Source: Octopus sinensis
Taxonomy: Eukaryota
Assembly: GCF_006345805.1 (NCBI RefSeq)
Contig: NC_042998.1
Location: 186,558,001-186,622,000 of the forward strand
Length of the DNA: 64,000 nt
Direction: 5' to 3'
Part shown: piece after piece, positions 26,226-39,430 of the stretch
Position numbering within the stretch: position 1 is the stretch's first letter
Layout: each line of letters begins with the position of its first letter
Program-made: the position numbers and the translations under genes
The notes under the pieces: model-generated
The model's input: only the letters and a program-made list of their open reading frames with translations
Databases searched by the model: none
Told to the model about the DNA's origin: nothing

Positions 26226-27939
26226 ACAGTCGTCTCTCTTGCACACAACAGTTAATTCCTCCTATATCTTGTTTTCTCTATGCCTCGTTATAACATGCAC
26301 ACACACTCACATAACACAACCAGTAGATCATGCTTGTTTTGTTTTTTTCCAACTTCTGTATTCATTGCCCACATCCCACAACCTTGAATGAAGCATTGTA
26401 GTTCATACACAAGCATCTTAGAATCTACCCTTCACTCAGAAAGAAAATCCCCTTTAGTGGCAATTTTTGACCATACAACAGTCTACTGCAATAGTTGCAG
26501 TTCTAAGACTTTTGTTTGTCTGATTTGACTTGATTTTTTTTTTTTACCTGATAAGAGAAATATATTCTACAGTCAAAGGGTTGATGCTTAAAATTTTCTT
26601 GTAGAGGAATGTACTTCAGCGTGGTTCTTGTTAAAAAGAGTTCTTGCACATGGCCGAGTATTTCCACCTCACTATCACCTTACTATGTACAGCTAGGTTG
26701 AATATTGGTATGGTATTTGCAATTAGAATTAGGAGTTATCAAGTAGGAGCATTACATAGGTATGACACTGTTTTACAAGCCGGACGTCCCCTTCCTACGA
26801 CCAACCACTTTACAGCATGAGCTGGGTGTGTTTTGTTGCACTACCAGGATTAAATATGCCCTCCACAGTGTCAATTTTTAATTAGATTTACTGCTTTTCG
26901 AAGTGGATTGCCTTCACTACAGTAAAGGGAATTTCTGTCTACCTCGTGAGATTTTCTAAAAGCCTATGTATGTCCCTTTATGAATATGTGTATGAATATA
27001 TTATATATACACATACATAAATATATACATATATACATACCTCGCCCCCTGTATCTTTATAGGTATACCTGCAGATGAAGCTATATACTTATATAGAACT
27101 GTGTAAATACACACACACATATCCTTTTCATGTGTGTGTGTGTGTGCATAGATATACATGTGAATATATGTATGTATATCAATCATTCTAAATATATGAG
27201 AGAGAGAGAGAGAGAACGAGAGAGCGAAATGAAAAAGGGAGAGAAAGAATGAGAAAGAGATAGATACACACACAATACACAGACAAGCGATGTAGATGTC
27301 AGAAGTCGAAATTTGCCAAAGTACAAAGGCAGCTAAGCAAACTCCTCCGTGAAACAGCATCGGCCTACACCTTTCCCATTGATAAAACAGTATCTTGGCA
27401 GATTCTCGAGAGTATACACGAGAAAATTTTAAATGCTTAATTTAAAGTTTAGAGTAAAAGAAAAGCCACATGCCAAACAGACGTGAACATATAAAACGAA
27501 TGCAAGTTTATTGTCTTGCTTTTTCCTCTGAGACCGTAAATCTAGTCGACAATGTTGACAAAGAGGAAAGGAAATATTAAACGAAAGAGTGCGGGAAGTG
27601 TGTGTTTGATGACACATCTCGCAGTGACTGTATTTTTGTCTCGGGGAGAGAGAGAGAAATAGGCTTTAGACATTTATCAAATATATAAACAATGAATCTA
27701 TATATCTATATATATATTATATTAAAAGATTGTCACAGAATGATCAAGAGACGAGTTTGATGAACAGTTGATAAAAAAAATAAAGGCGATCAAAGGAAAT
27801 TGGAATTATATAATGTCTTAAGAAGGAATGACATTTTAATTAAGAATATTAGAGGAAAAAAAATAGAATGAGGTGGGTCGGGTATTATTATTTTTTTTTT
27901 TCAGATTATGATAAAAATTATCAAAAAAATGTGGGCGGT

Positions 27940-27941
27940 AA

Positions 27942-27973
<32 letters not shown>

Positions 27974-28525
27974 GTATGTATATAATGAAATTGTTTTCCA
28001 GATGACAATGACTGTCGTAAAAACAAAATGACAATACTTAAAAACAGTCTGTATTGTGTGTGTGTGTATATATATGTAAATATATTTGTGTATATTACAC
28101 ACCATATATACACTCACACGCAATTGTTTGTAGGTGTAGATATATATATATATGAACACATGCAAATACATATACAGACACTAGTGTGTAAATATACATA
28201 TACACACATATACATGCATATATATAGATAGATACACACACACACACAAATACATATACACGCATATATATATAGATATACACACATATATATATACACA
28301 TACACACATATATATATATATACACATACACACACATATATATATACACATACACACATATATATACACATACACACACATATATATATACACATACACG
28401 CATATATATATATATATATATATGTATACACACACACATATATATATACACACACGCACATATATACACACATACATACATACACGCACATACATACAAG
28501 CACATAAATATACACACGCACATAT
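27940..28525. repeat. (CA/TA)n compound microsatellite just downstream of the myosin ATG exon
   Basis: Read directly. Confidence 0.95.
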
Positions 28526-29058
28526 TTGAGAAAACAGCAACTATAGTCACCGGTGGCAAAAATAGAGTACTAAATGAAAAGGTAGGACCTAGTAGAGTTA
28601 AGAAAGAAATTGATATTTTAAAGATCTAAGTTGCTAGGTGAATATGGGTGTGCTTGACCTAATGCAATTCGATTGTCACTCAGTAATACAACCCAAAGCA
28701 CAAAAATCCGAATGTGACACTAATAAAGCTATATACAAAGGGCGAAAAATATCAGATTTTAATGCATTTCATAATTAATATTGGCACATCTTCGTCTATT
28801 TTTCCTTAGAAAGTTATGTGCATATGACTAATTGAAAACACCTAAAGGTAAAGAAGGCGGGTTCTATGTCCACGAAGACAATGATTTTACAACATCTACT
28901 GATTTATATAATTTTAAAATACCAGTTTATGACTTTGTTGTGAACGACCCGCATATTTAATACTTATCACATCTTGACTGACAAAACTTAAAACACCATT
29001 TTAGCTTTTTTTTTTTTCTCACCCCCCATCGAAAGATATGGAAATATTTATTACTTAC

Positions 29059-29418
29059 ATAAATCAGGCCAGAATAGTAACGATCTTTCAGATTATGAAG
29101 TACTGAAGCTTCATTTAAACAAGTAAGTTCTGCCATATCCTCAACTTTATTGAATTTAGGGGGGTTTGCTTTTTGTATGTCATCTCTGTGAAATGTTGTC
29201 CGCTTGCCAGTTTCTTCGACTTCGACGACAACTTCGTCGCCTTTTTCTTCTACTACACAGCCGGCAATGAAGCCATGAGAGTCGTGAGGTACCCAAACCA
29301 TTCGTTTGGCAGCCCATTGTGATTGTGCCGAAGGGTCTGTTAGACGATTGCGATCTACAGTGAGATATTTCAATTCTTGGGCGCTCATGCACGCAAACGG
29401 ATCTTCCGTAGCCGCCAT
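29059..29418 (-). CDS. zip: Non-muscle myosin II heavy chain (zipper / MYH9-MYH10-like), first coding exon (120 codons, N-terminal SH3-like domain and start of motor)
   Basis: Translation has KRMVWVPH...[42 protein letters not shown], the conserved non-muscle myosin II N-terminus. ATG lies in an AAAATGGCG context. The exon ends at TAT|GTAAGT (phase 0, GT at 29058-29057), the usual intron position after LIY. ORF-track residues after IY are intron read-through. Confidence 0.95.
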
Positions 29419-29850
29419 TTTGTGTAGCTGTGTGTGTGTGTGTGTATAAAGTGAATGGCGCTTATATCAGGGCTGTGATGCTGGCCCGATAATTTTTTTT
29501 TTTTTTTTTTAGTTAGGAGCTGAAATCAACTAAAATTACGAAACAGGTTAGACTCCAAAGCTTCAAATGCACGCAGAAATGTTCTGCTGGTGTTGTTAGT
29601 AAAAAAAACAGCCACTTTTCTTTTCTTTCTACTTTATTCTCCGATCAATGACGGAGAACACTGAACTTTCCCCCGGTAAGACAAGAATTTAAGTCGTAAC
29701 TTTAGCTGTATTTGTGATTGGCACATCATGTGACTCTTATTAAATCCGCCTCTCATTCAACAGACACGCCTCCCCTCCTCCAACTAGTCTAAATGGCGTA
29801 TTCGGACTGACAGTCGAATGTTGTTCGTCTGGCAACTTATTTTATACTCT
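29400..29850. promoter_or_regulatory. CpG-retaining promoter-like segment at the myosin ATG exon
   Basis: YY1 consensus GCCGCCATTTTG (29411-29422, overlaps ATG), CCAAT box (ATTGG 29717-29721), E-box TCATGTGAC (29726-29734), AAATGGCG (29791-29798). Confidence 0.45.
29419..29551 (-). other. Putative 5' UTR part of the myosin ATG exon with upstream splice acceptor
   Basis: Minus strand reads CTAAC (branch-like, 29551-29547)...TTTTAGTTGATTTCAG|CTCC with AG at 29521-29520, giving about 101 nt of UTR before the ATG. Confidence 0.55.
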
Positions 29851-30929
29851 TCAAAATCATTTCCATTTTTTTTTTTCATTACATAGTAATATGTCTTCGT
29901 TTTTCATTAGCAACATAAGACCGTATTACTGCTAATGTCACCATCCATGTATTTTTATATGTGCTTTTTTTCCTTCATCTAAACTGTTAATTGATGGCCT
30001 ATAAATTATGAAGGATTTTTTTTTGTTTTTAATTATTTTTCTTGCTTGTTCGACTTATCCATATTATTATTATTATTATTATTATTAACAGTAATAATAA
30101 AAAAAGAACAACTAGACAAACTTAAGTGACTCACTAATATCTACTAACTAGTATCTACAAATATTCTCGCCAGAGAAAAGTTTCATTGAGAAAATAACAA
30201 GAATGGCGTTTAATACTATAACAGCCTTGAGTAATATTTATACACACACGGACAAGTAGAGATGAAGGAGGCAGCCAGGACACCAGGCTGGTTACTTTTT
30301 TTTTTTTTTTTTTTGTTAGTATCTAAGTTGGATAATTCTCTGTACTGAGGTCTAAAATGTTATCGGTGGTGATAATGTCTTTTTACTCTACTCGGGGGCT
30401 TCAACAAACTAGCACTGCTTATAACATCGATTAAAAATGACTACATCTTTCCCCTATAAAAATTGGCCCGGTGCCCAGTCAAAAATATATATATATATCA
30501 ATTTTTATACACACAATTAGCATAAAACAAATGTTTTTGTAAACATAAATAGGTATATATGTAATGACAGCTAACATTTGCCGGCTACACGATCATATGA
30601 AATTGAATACACTTCTGTTCCTTAACACCTCCGTTACATCCAGTTGCAAACTGGAATAATGCATCTTTTACACTCGCTACTCTCAACCCCTTCTGTAACT
30701 ATCATTCTTTTCGGCATTCTTTTCATCTCGTTCGGTTTAATTTATATCGTTCTCATTTCTACTGTCTTCCGTTTCTTTCCATTCCACTTTTTTTTCTTCT
30801 GACGCCAGATTCTATTTGTTAAATGTTTGTCCTAATCTAGATTCTGTTACCATTCTTGATTGACATTTTCATTATCTGATATTTTATCTTTCTACACTAA
30901 ATTAAAGTGTTATAATTTAGTAATCATAC

Positions 30930-31061
30930 GTATTTCATTATATACGTGTACATATATATATGTATGTGTGAGTGTATATATATATGTGTGTGTGTGTGTA
31001 CATGTATATATAGATAGATAGATATAGGTATGTACATATATGTACGTATATATATATATAT

Positions 31062-31093
<32 letters not shown>

Positions 31094-31308
31094 GTATTTC
31101 TGTGTTCCTTTCCGTCGAAGAGCGTAGGCTCGAAACGTAAAACACTTTCTCACTTCCCGAGCGTTAAACTAATACATCCGTTTGTTGTTTACACACTCGT
31201 CTTCGCCTTTTTTTTTTGTTAATTCTCACTACACACATATGTATGTATGTATATGTTATATATATATGTGAATGTATGTATATATATGCACATGTACTTA
31301 TATATATG

Positions 31309-31348
<40 letters not shown>

Positions 31349-31374
31349 TATGTATATATATACATACATGTATG

Positions 31375-31427
<53 letters not shown>

Positions 31428-31486
31428 ATATATATATATACATGTATGTGTATATATATATATGTATATATATATATACATGTATG

Positions 31487-31518
<32 letters not shown>

Positions 31519-31526
31519 CATGTATG

Positions 31527-31573
<47 letters not shown>

Positions 31574-31698
31574 ATATATATATATATATGTATGTATATT
31601 TATATATATGTATGTATATATATATATATACATGTATGTATATATATATGTATTTATGCTTATATGTATACATATGTATGTATATATATATGTGTGTG

Positions 31699-31730
<32 letters not shown>

Positions 31731-31784
31731 TGTATATATATATGTATTTATGCTTATATGTATACATATGTATGTATATATATA

Positions 31785-31824
<40 letters not shown>

Positions 31825-31920
31825 TGTATATATATATGTGTGTGTGTGTGTCTATATATATTATATATGTGTGTGTGTGTGTGTCTATTTATATATATAT
31901 ATATAGTCACACATGCATGC
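30930..31920. repeat. About 1 kb (TA/TG)n compound microsatellite, interrupted by a short unique repeat at 31095-31215
   Basis: Read directly. Confidence 0.95.
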
Positions 31921-34900
31921 AAATATTTGGAATATTTAGATATTACTAGAGCAGGTAATTTCATGACTAGATGCACTTTCAACCACTTACTCATTTGAAC
32001 TTTAGTTTATTGTTTTAATTTTTTGTTAAGAAACAAAGGATATTATTTAAGCACAGTTTCTGTTTACTTCTACAACTGCTTGACGCCCAACACCTGGGAA
32101 TGGAATTCCATACTGGTGGATAGTGTAGCTGGGTACAGGACTAATGAACCTATTATGTTAGTTGGATTCTGGTTCAGTCCAGACCTCCAAACATTAGTAT
32201 AGCTAGCGTGTGTGCTGCCTGGAGTGGCCCTTCAGTTTGCTTACCCCAGACCCCACAAAAAACACATATTGCCTACAGCAGATCCAAAAGTGCCACCCAT
32301 ACTTAAAAAGCACCATCCGACCGCGGCCGTTTGCCAGACTTGTCTGGCACCTGTGCAGGTGACACGTAAAAAGCACCCACTACACTCATAGAGTGGTTGG
32401 CGTTAGGAAGGGCATCCAGCTGTAGAAACATTGCCATATCAGACTGGGCCTGGTGCAACCTCCTGGCTCCCCAGACCCCAGTTGCACCGTCCAACCCATG
32501 CCAGCATGGAAAGCGGATGCTAAACGATGATGATGATGATGATGACACTAGTGCCTCAAGTGGACAGGAACTAGGATGATGTTACAAGCAGGGTTAACTC
32601 TCTCACCTGGTGATGGATTGAAGAAGCTGTCCCCAGAAAGGTCAGATAGCGGTATCACACACACACACATTGCCTCCTAACTGTCATAGCTTACACTGGT
32701 TTCCACGTGATCAGCTTGCCATCTCTGTTCTTAGAGTCATTGTGGAAAAAGACATGTTTCACTAGTCAGATGGTACTCAGAGCTCAGTACTGTGCTGAGG
32801 TTGAATCACGTATAGTGGTTTCAGAACAGTAAGCAGATATGGTTGAGCAAAAAGGAAAAGATGTTGCCTGGTATGTGAAATGTTGTCGGGTGCCCACAGA
32901 TCACTACCAGTCAGGCAATGTACCCACTGGAACTTCCACATTAGCATTTCTCCAGAGAACTAATTGTAGGGAAAGATGGCAACATGCTTCAAGAAGTTCT
33001 TGGTGTCAAAGAGAATGAAGGTGCCAGTCCAATGTAGATGACTTTCAGCCTAAGGACTACAGATAAGTTCTAGAAACTTGAAAGTGCTACTGGTGGGGAA
33101 AGGAATTTGAGATAAGCTCTCTAGGCAAGGAAGTAATGTCAGCCAGGCCAGTCAGATAAGTGCCAAGCACAAAACAATTTTGTACACACTTATCCAATAT
33201 CTGAGTCACTGTGACATCTGGAGTTTTGTGAAATCATTGTTGCCTGGCACGTAAAAAGCACCATCCGATCGTGGCCGTTTACCAGCCTCATCTGGCACCT
33301 GTGCTGGTGGCACGTAAAAAGCACCCACTACACTCACGGAGTGGTTGGCGTTAGGAAGGGCATCTAGCCGTAGAAACATTGCCAGACCAGACTAGGCCTG
33401 GTGCAGCCTTCTGGCTTCCCAGACCCCAGTTGAACCGTTCAACCCATGCTAGCATGGAAAGCGGATGCTAAACGATGATGATGATGATGATATAGGATGG
33501 ATCTAGCTGTCAGTTAAGTCCATTGTGAAGATCACTTTACATGCCTTTCTTTGGTTAGAAAGGGCTGGAAGTTTTTCTCTATCTAGTTACTATGATAAAA
33601 GGAAACTAAAGACAGTCACTTTCCACTTTAAGCAAGCCCACATTGAAATTTTTCTTGTTTTAATTAGCAAAAAAGTAATAAGAGTAAATAGCATGGCCCA
33701 AGTGAATGGAACTACTTACAGCATTCACATGTGAACTGAAAGATGATAGCTATCCAAGATCTACAGGGTTCATTGATTGACCTTGGGTGGTTGTCCAACC
33801 CAATTTTAGGGACTTTTCCTTGTTGGTATTTTATTGTAATCTATAGCTGTGATGTTACTTTCTTGTTACACACTTTCATGTAAACACAATGTGTTGTTAT
33901 TCCATCTTTTGTGTTATCCCCTATGTCATAAGTCCCTTGTAAACAATATTTAAAAATGATGATCGTAATCACGATCATCATTATCAGTGTGGGTTTGGGA
34001 GAGGGGCAGAATGGTGTAATGCCAAACAAAATGTCAAGTGGTTACATCTCTTAACAGTCTGATTCAAAATCCTATGAAATTTGACTTTGCCTTTCATCCT
34101 TTTGGGATTGATAAAAAAAATGTGCTAGTCAAATATTAGATCAAGTACTACATATTATCAACTGTACCATCTTCCCAAATTTCTGACTTACCACATGTAT
34201 GAAAACTCATTATCAGCTTTTGTCTCATTGCTCTGGATTGGATCTTTGCTTCCCTTTTGTCTCATTTCTGGCATGGCAAATATATTCTTCTTCTTTGGCA
34301 TCCTTCACTCTTTCAGGATCATTGAGTGATAATCTGGGTTCCTTTCAGGGGATAGATCAGGTCAGTCTTCACTCTCCACAATGTTAGTAAGGTCAAAGGG
34401 AAGCATGTACCACTGTTATCACATAATTAACCAGAATAATACTATCAACAGTAACAGGGACTGCCTCTCATCCTCTGATTACTTCCTAAACCTTTCTTCT
34501 AAATTGCACTTGGTGTTTGTATGGCAAAATCAGAATATGTAAAAAGGCTACAAATGAAATGTACCAATTGCCTCAATGAAATTATATTACTAGTATTTAA
34601 TCAGTGATATTACTAATGCAGAATTAAATGATGTTAACAGAACTCAGTCAGATAATATCTTGAGTACATCCATATATGAATGAAAAGCACAGCTGATATC
34701 AGTAGAATTTAGGTTCTATAAAACAAATTTTGTGAGCACAAGCATAGATATGGGGTTAATTTTGCTCTGCCATCATAATTTCAGACTGAATCCCATTGAG
34801 TGGAATTTTGTGCAAAGTGTCTTCCATCATAGCCTAGAGTCAACCAAAACCTTATGAAGGAAATTTAGCAGACAGAAGTCAACTTGAGGGATATGTTTTT

Positions 34901-36395
34901 ATTTTTAGGTGGTAGATTTAATCTACTGTCCATTTTAACATTACTGTCTTGGGTACTTTTAGCACTGTCAACTCTGATGCAAATATTCAGGCTAGGTCTT
35001 CAATATGGATACAAGTAATCTTTCCCTCCTACCAGGTTCTGAAAAGGTTCCTGGTGCTATTTTTCCTTAGCTAGATATCAAACTAGATACATCTAAATAC
35101 AGTAAAAGTGCAATGAGAATAATCTCTATTATAGCTTTAAAGTGAAGAATCAGAGCAATGTTCTTGACATAGCTTGAAAATTAATACTTCTTTTGGAACC
35201 ACCTTCTTTGCATTCATCTATGGAAAATTCTGAGACCAGTTTATGAAAGCATATATTAATTATGTTGTGCCTTCTCTGCTTATGAAGGTAGAATATGCTG
35301 TCTCACTTTATCATGAAAACTTATATGTTGATGACTTAAATATCTTTGCTATCATCACAGTTCAAAACCAGTTACTGGATACAAGATGTTGACCCTTTGG
35401 TAAATGGGTTGGTAATCTCAAAAATGTTGCCAAATATGTTTCTATGCACATATATCTAAATATAAAAGAATGTAGTCATCATAGAAAATTGAAACTTTCT
35501 GAAATACTAGTCAATAGTATCTGATTACTACCATGCTCTGTGTCCATGACCAAGATATTTAACACTTATTGGCTAAGTTCATGCTGGCTGTAAATATAGA
35601 TACAGCTCATTATATTCAAGTCCTACTCTGGACCTGCAGAAGGCTCAGAACACTAGGGGCTGTTCTCATACTCAGATTCAAAACAGTGCCCTAAATCATC
35701 TTAGATTAATTTATAATTTTATCTAGGGCTGCATAGTTTCACTGGTGACTGATGTGTAACAGATTATCTATGTTAAACTCTTCTCACACAAGCATTCATC
35801 ACTAACAATAAAGGAATTCATTGTGATGGCAATGGTGTGAGATGCATAAACCTGTATTATTTTATAAGATTGACACTATTATACAGGGAATGTGTATATT
35901 TAATGGCTTATTAAAGAGGAAGAAATTACTCCTATGGCCTTTGCAAGTTTTCTGAGTTTGATAAGATCTATAAGGTTGATGTTCATTTTCAACAACTGCA
36001 AGAGAAAAACATGGCTGGAAGAGGATTCCAACAGGATGACACTTTGGAAAGGAAGGACACAAGATAATTGTTTGTGCAAAACTAGGGAGGGTCATGATAT
36101 GAAAATGAAGGAAGTGGAGATAAGTGTTTTGAGTATGTATTGTTAAAGATTTCATGCAACCAACTAACTCTGAGGAGCAGAGGCATAGTAGAAACCTTCT
36201 GTTCTATTCATTCTACTATGCTTTCAATAAGACTAAGGGTAGTAGTGGAGCTCTCTTACTCACCGCACTATGTTTCTAAGAGATCATTAGACATGTCCAA
36301 CTCTCTCACTCATCTCTTTGGCTCTCTCCTTCTCTTTCATTCACTGTGCCATGCTGTCCATATTATGAGGGATGGTTATTGAAACTACCCATATT

Positions 36396-36621
36396 AAGGC
36401 GGCGAGCTGGCAGAAACGTTAGCACGCCGGGCGAAATGCTTTTGACTGCCGTTACGTTGTGAGTTCAAATTCCATCAAGGTCGACTTTGCCTTTCATCCT
36501 TTCGGGGTCGATAAATTAAGTACCAGTTACGCACTGGGGTCACTGTAATCGACTTAATACCTATGTCTGTCCTTGTTTGTCCCCTCTATGTTTAGCCCCT
36601 TGTGGGTAATAAAGAAATAGG
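36396..36621 (+). mobile_element. tRNA-headed SINE, family A, full length with 19-bp TSD
   Basis: AAGGCGGCGAGCTGGCAGAAACG...GAGTTCAAATTCC...AAAGAAATAG flanked by TATTGAAACTACCCATATT at 36377-36395 and 36622-36640. Confidence 0.9.
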
Positions 36622-37820
36622 TATTGAAACTACCCATATTTCAATTGCCACAACACTCTTCCTTCTCACTCAACTGCAATCACCCCTCACAAGAACTATG
36701 AATAAGAGATTGCATCAAGTCTCATATGCTTTGCCATTACCCTTTCTCTATCAAGCCACTTGCTTTTGACATCCATCACTCACCTTCATACCCATTGAAC
36801 TCCATTATTATCCATCATTCTATTTCCCCAACCTATCACACTACCACCCCAGTCACTCTCTTTTTATTCCCTTCTTTGGCCATCACTCTTCTATTCCCCT
36901 TTCCTGGTCACACTGTCACAAGTAAATGAATGCATCATAGGGTAAGGAGGACTCTGTAATCTGACACACTGCAAAATAACCCTATTAGCCAAGATTGTGC
37001 CTATTATTTAGACAAAAGTATGTACATCATCATCATCATCATCGTTTAACGTCCGCTTTCCATGCTAGCATGGGTTGGATGATTTTGACTGAGGGCTGGC
37101 GAACCAGATGGCTGCACCAGGCTCCAATCTTGATCTGGCAATGACCTCGCTCAAATCTTTTTACACATGCCACAGGCACAGGTGCCAGTAAGGTGACGCT
37201 GGTAACGATCACGCTCGAATGGTGCCTTTTACGTGCCACCGGCATGGAAGCCAGTTAGCTGCTCTGGTAACGATCACGCTCGGATGGTGCTCTTGGCACC
37301 CTACTAGCACAGGCACAAGTGCCAGTAAGATGACACTGATAACAATCACACTCAAATGGTGCCTTTTATATGCCACTGGCATGGAAGCCGATTAGCCACT
37401 CTGTCAACAATCACACTTGTATAGTACTCTTTGCACCCCGCTAGCACAACATACATACATACATATATACATATATCATCATCATCGTCATCATCACATC
37501 ATCATTTAATGTTCATGTCCCATGCTGGCATAAGTTGGATAGTTTGACAGGATTCAAAGGGCCCACTGCACCATGCTTCAGTCTCCCTTTTGGCATAGTT
37601 TCATGTATGGTCTGATGTTTCTTATGTGCAATTCTCTCAACACATTTGCACTTTGTCATACATGCACATCCAGCAGAGCATGCTTTCTTCATTTCTTTCT
37701 ATCCTTCACGTGTCTTATGTTTTCAAAGCCCACATATCACTACCATGTAGCATTTCTGTTCATATACAAGCACCATACAATCATTTTCTGAGCGTCTTCC
37801 TCCACTAATAATTCAGTCAT

Positions 37821-38048
37821 TTAACCCTTTCATTACCATATTTATTTTGAGATGCTCTGTGTTTTTTCAATTATTTTAAATATAACACAGAATTTAGTAA
37901 AATAATTTAGTCATCATTAAGATAGTGTTAGGAGCACAAATTGTGACTAAGGTTTGGTGGAAGATTCTAATTCAAAACTTATGAAAACAAGACATTTGTA
38001 CTACAGAGCTACAGCCGGTTTCAGCCAGGTTGGTAACGAAAGGGTTAA
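37821..38048 (-). mobile_element. piggyBac-like MITE, same family
   Basis: TTAA|CCCTTTCATTACC ... GGTAACGAAAGGG|TTAA; 13-bp TIR with 1 mismatch. Confidence 0.85.
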
Positions 38049-39036
38049 GTATCAGAAACTATCTACTACTTCTAGGAAGCATTCTGGGCACTTGAGAAAT
38101 TTCATTCTCCATGTGCAGGCATAACTCTGTGGTAGTGTCACTATCACGCAAGCTGTGTTCTTCATTTCCAATCTTCAGTGAAAACATGTCTAGCCATGGA
38201 GAAATTTTACCTTGCTGGGAAACAGGTGAAAGTTGGTGATAGAAAGGCATCTGGATTTAGAAAATCCACCTCAACAAATTTTATTCAATCCATGGAGTAA
38301 TGGAAAAGTGGACTTTATGATGATGATGATGATGATATATGTCTATATATATGAAGACCTGACAAATGAAGTGAGTTCATGGCTCACAGGACAGCCTGCT
38401 GTACTAACCTTGGATCGTAGGGCGACCTGCTGTGCTTGAGGAGACCTATTGAGTCAAGTACATCAACATCAAAATAAAATCAAATGGAAATTGTAGTTGT
38501 GATACCCGTGCCAGTGGCATGTTGGGCCTCACAGAGGAAATGATGAAAGACCGAGACCTCTGAGATATGCTGTGACTGCAAAGACCCGACAAATGATGGC
38601 TCGCAGGATGGCCTGCTGTGCTAACCTTGGATCATAGAGTGCTTGAGGAGACCTATTGAGTCAAGTACATCAACATCAACATCAAAATAAAAATCAAATG
38701 GAAATTGTAGTTATGATACCTGTGCCGGTGGCACGTAAAAAGCACCATCCAAATGTGGCTGATGCCAGCACCGCCTGACTGGCGTTCATGTCGGTGACAC
38801 GTAAAAAGTACCAACCGATCGTGGCCATTTGTCAACCTCCCCTGGCCCCTGTGCCGGTGGTACGAAAAAGCACCCACTACACTCACGGAATGGTTGACAT
38901 TAGGAAGGGCATCCAGCTGTAGAAATACTGCCAGATCAGACTGGAGCCTAGCACAGCTTCCTAGCTTCCCAAACCCCAGTCGAACCGTCCAACCCATGCT
39001 AGCATGGAAAATGGACATTAAACAATGATGATGATG

Positions 39037-39069
<33 letters not shown>

Positions 39070-39214
39070 TCCCTATATCTATCTATCTGTTGCCAACAGA
39101 GGTAAAAGCTCTCTGATTTTCCCTATCCTATTCTTACTCTAGCTATTACACTTTCCACACATCCTCCCCCACCTCTAATTTGGTTTCCTAGGAAGCAAAA
39201 ATAATCCTCTAAGG

Positions 39215-39430
39215 AACTTTTGGGGCATTTGAGGAAATCAATTTCCAAAGTATCTGTAGTTTTTATGACTCTTGTGCATTTTCCACTTACAAACACGACT
39301 TTCTCTCATAACCTTCCTAATATACCACTGCACCTTTTGTGTGTCCATAGTTTGCACTGGGCTCGCTGTATGGCATTCCTGCCTCCTTTCCTACAATTGA
39401 GCATTTTACCTGAAGTTGTCTCACTTGTTT
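39215..39430 (-). mobile_element. RTE fragment (Cys-rich segment)
   Basis: Reverse complement matches the CSICRKG...CKLWTHKRCS segment of 50940-51710. Confidence 0.7.

Noticed and set aside
34191-34400. Perfect minus-strand donor TG|GTAAGT at about 34191 with a short upstream ORF (MPKKKNIFAM...)
   Set aside because: No clear acceptor, stops upstream in all frames, and it would terminate at once if spliced to the myosin exon; at most a UTR exon.
38721-38880. CRISPR-like repeat-spacer look of the GTGCCGGTGGCACGTAAAAAGCACC units
   Set aside because: The spacers are homologous to each other, the arrays lie inside a dispersed retroelement UTR, there are no cas genes, and the DNA is eukaryotic.
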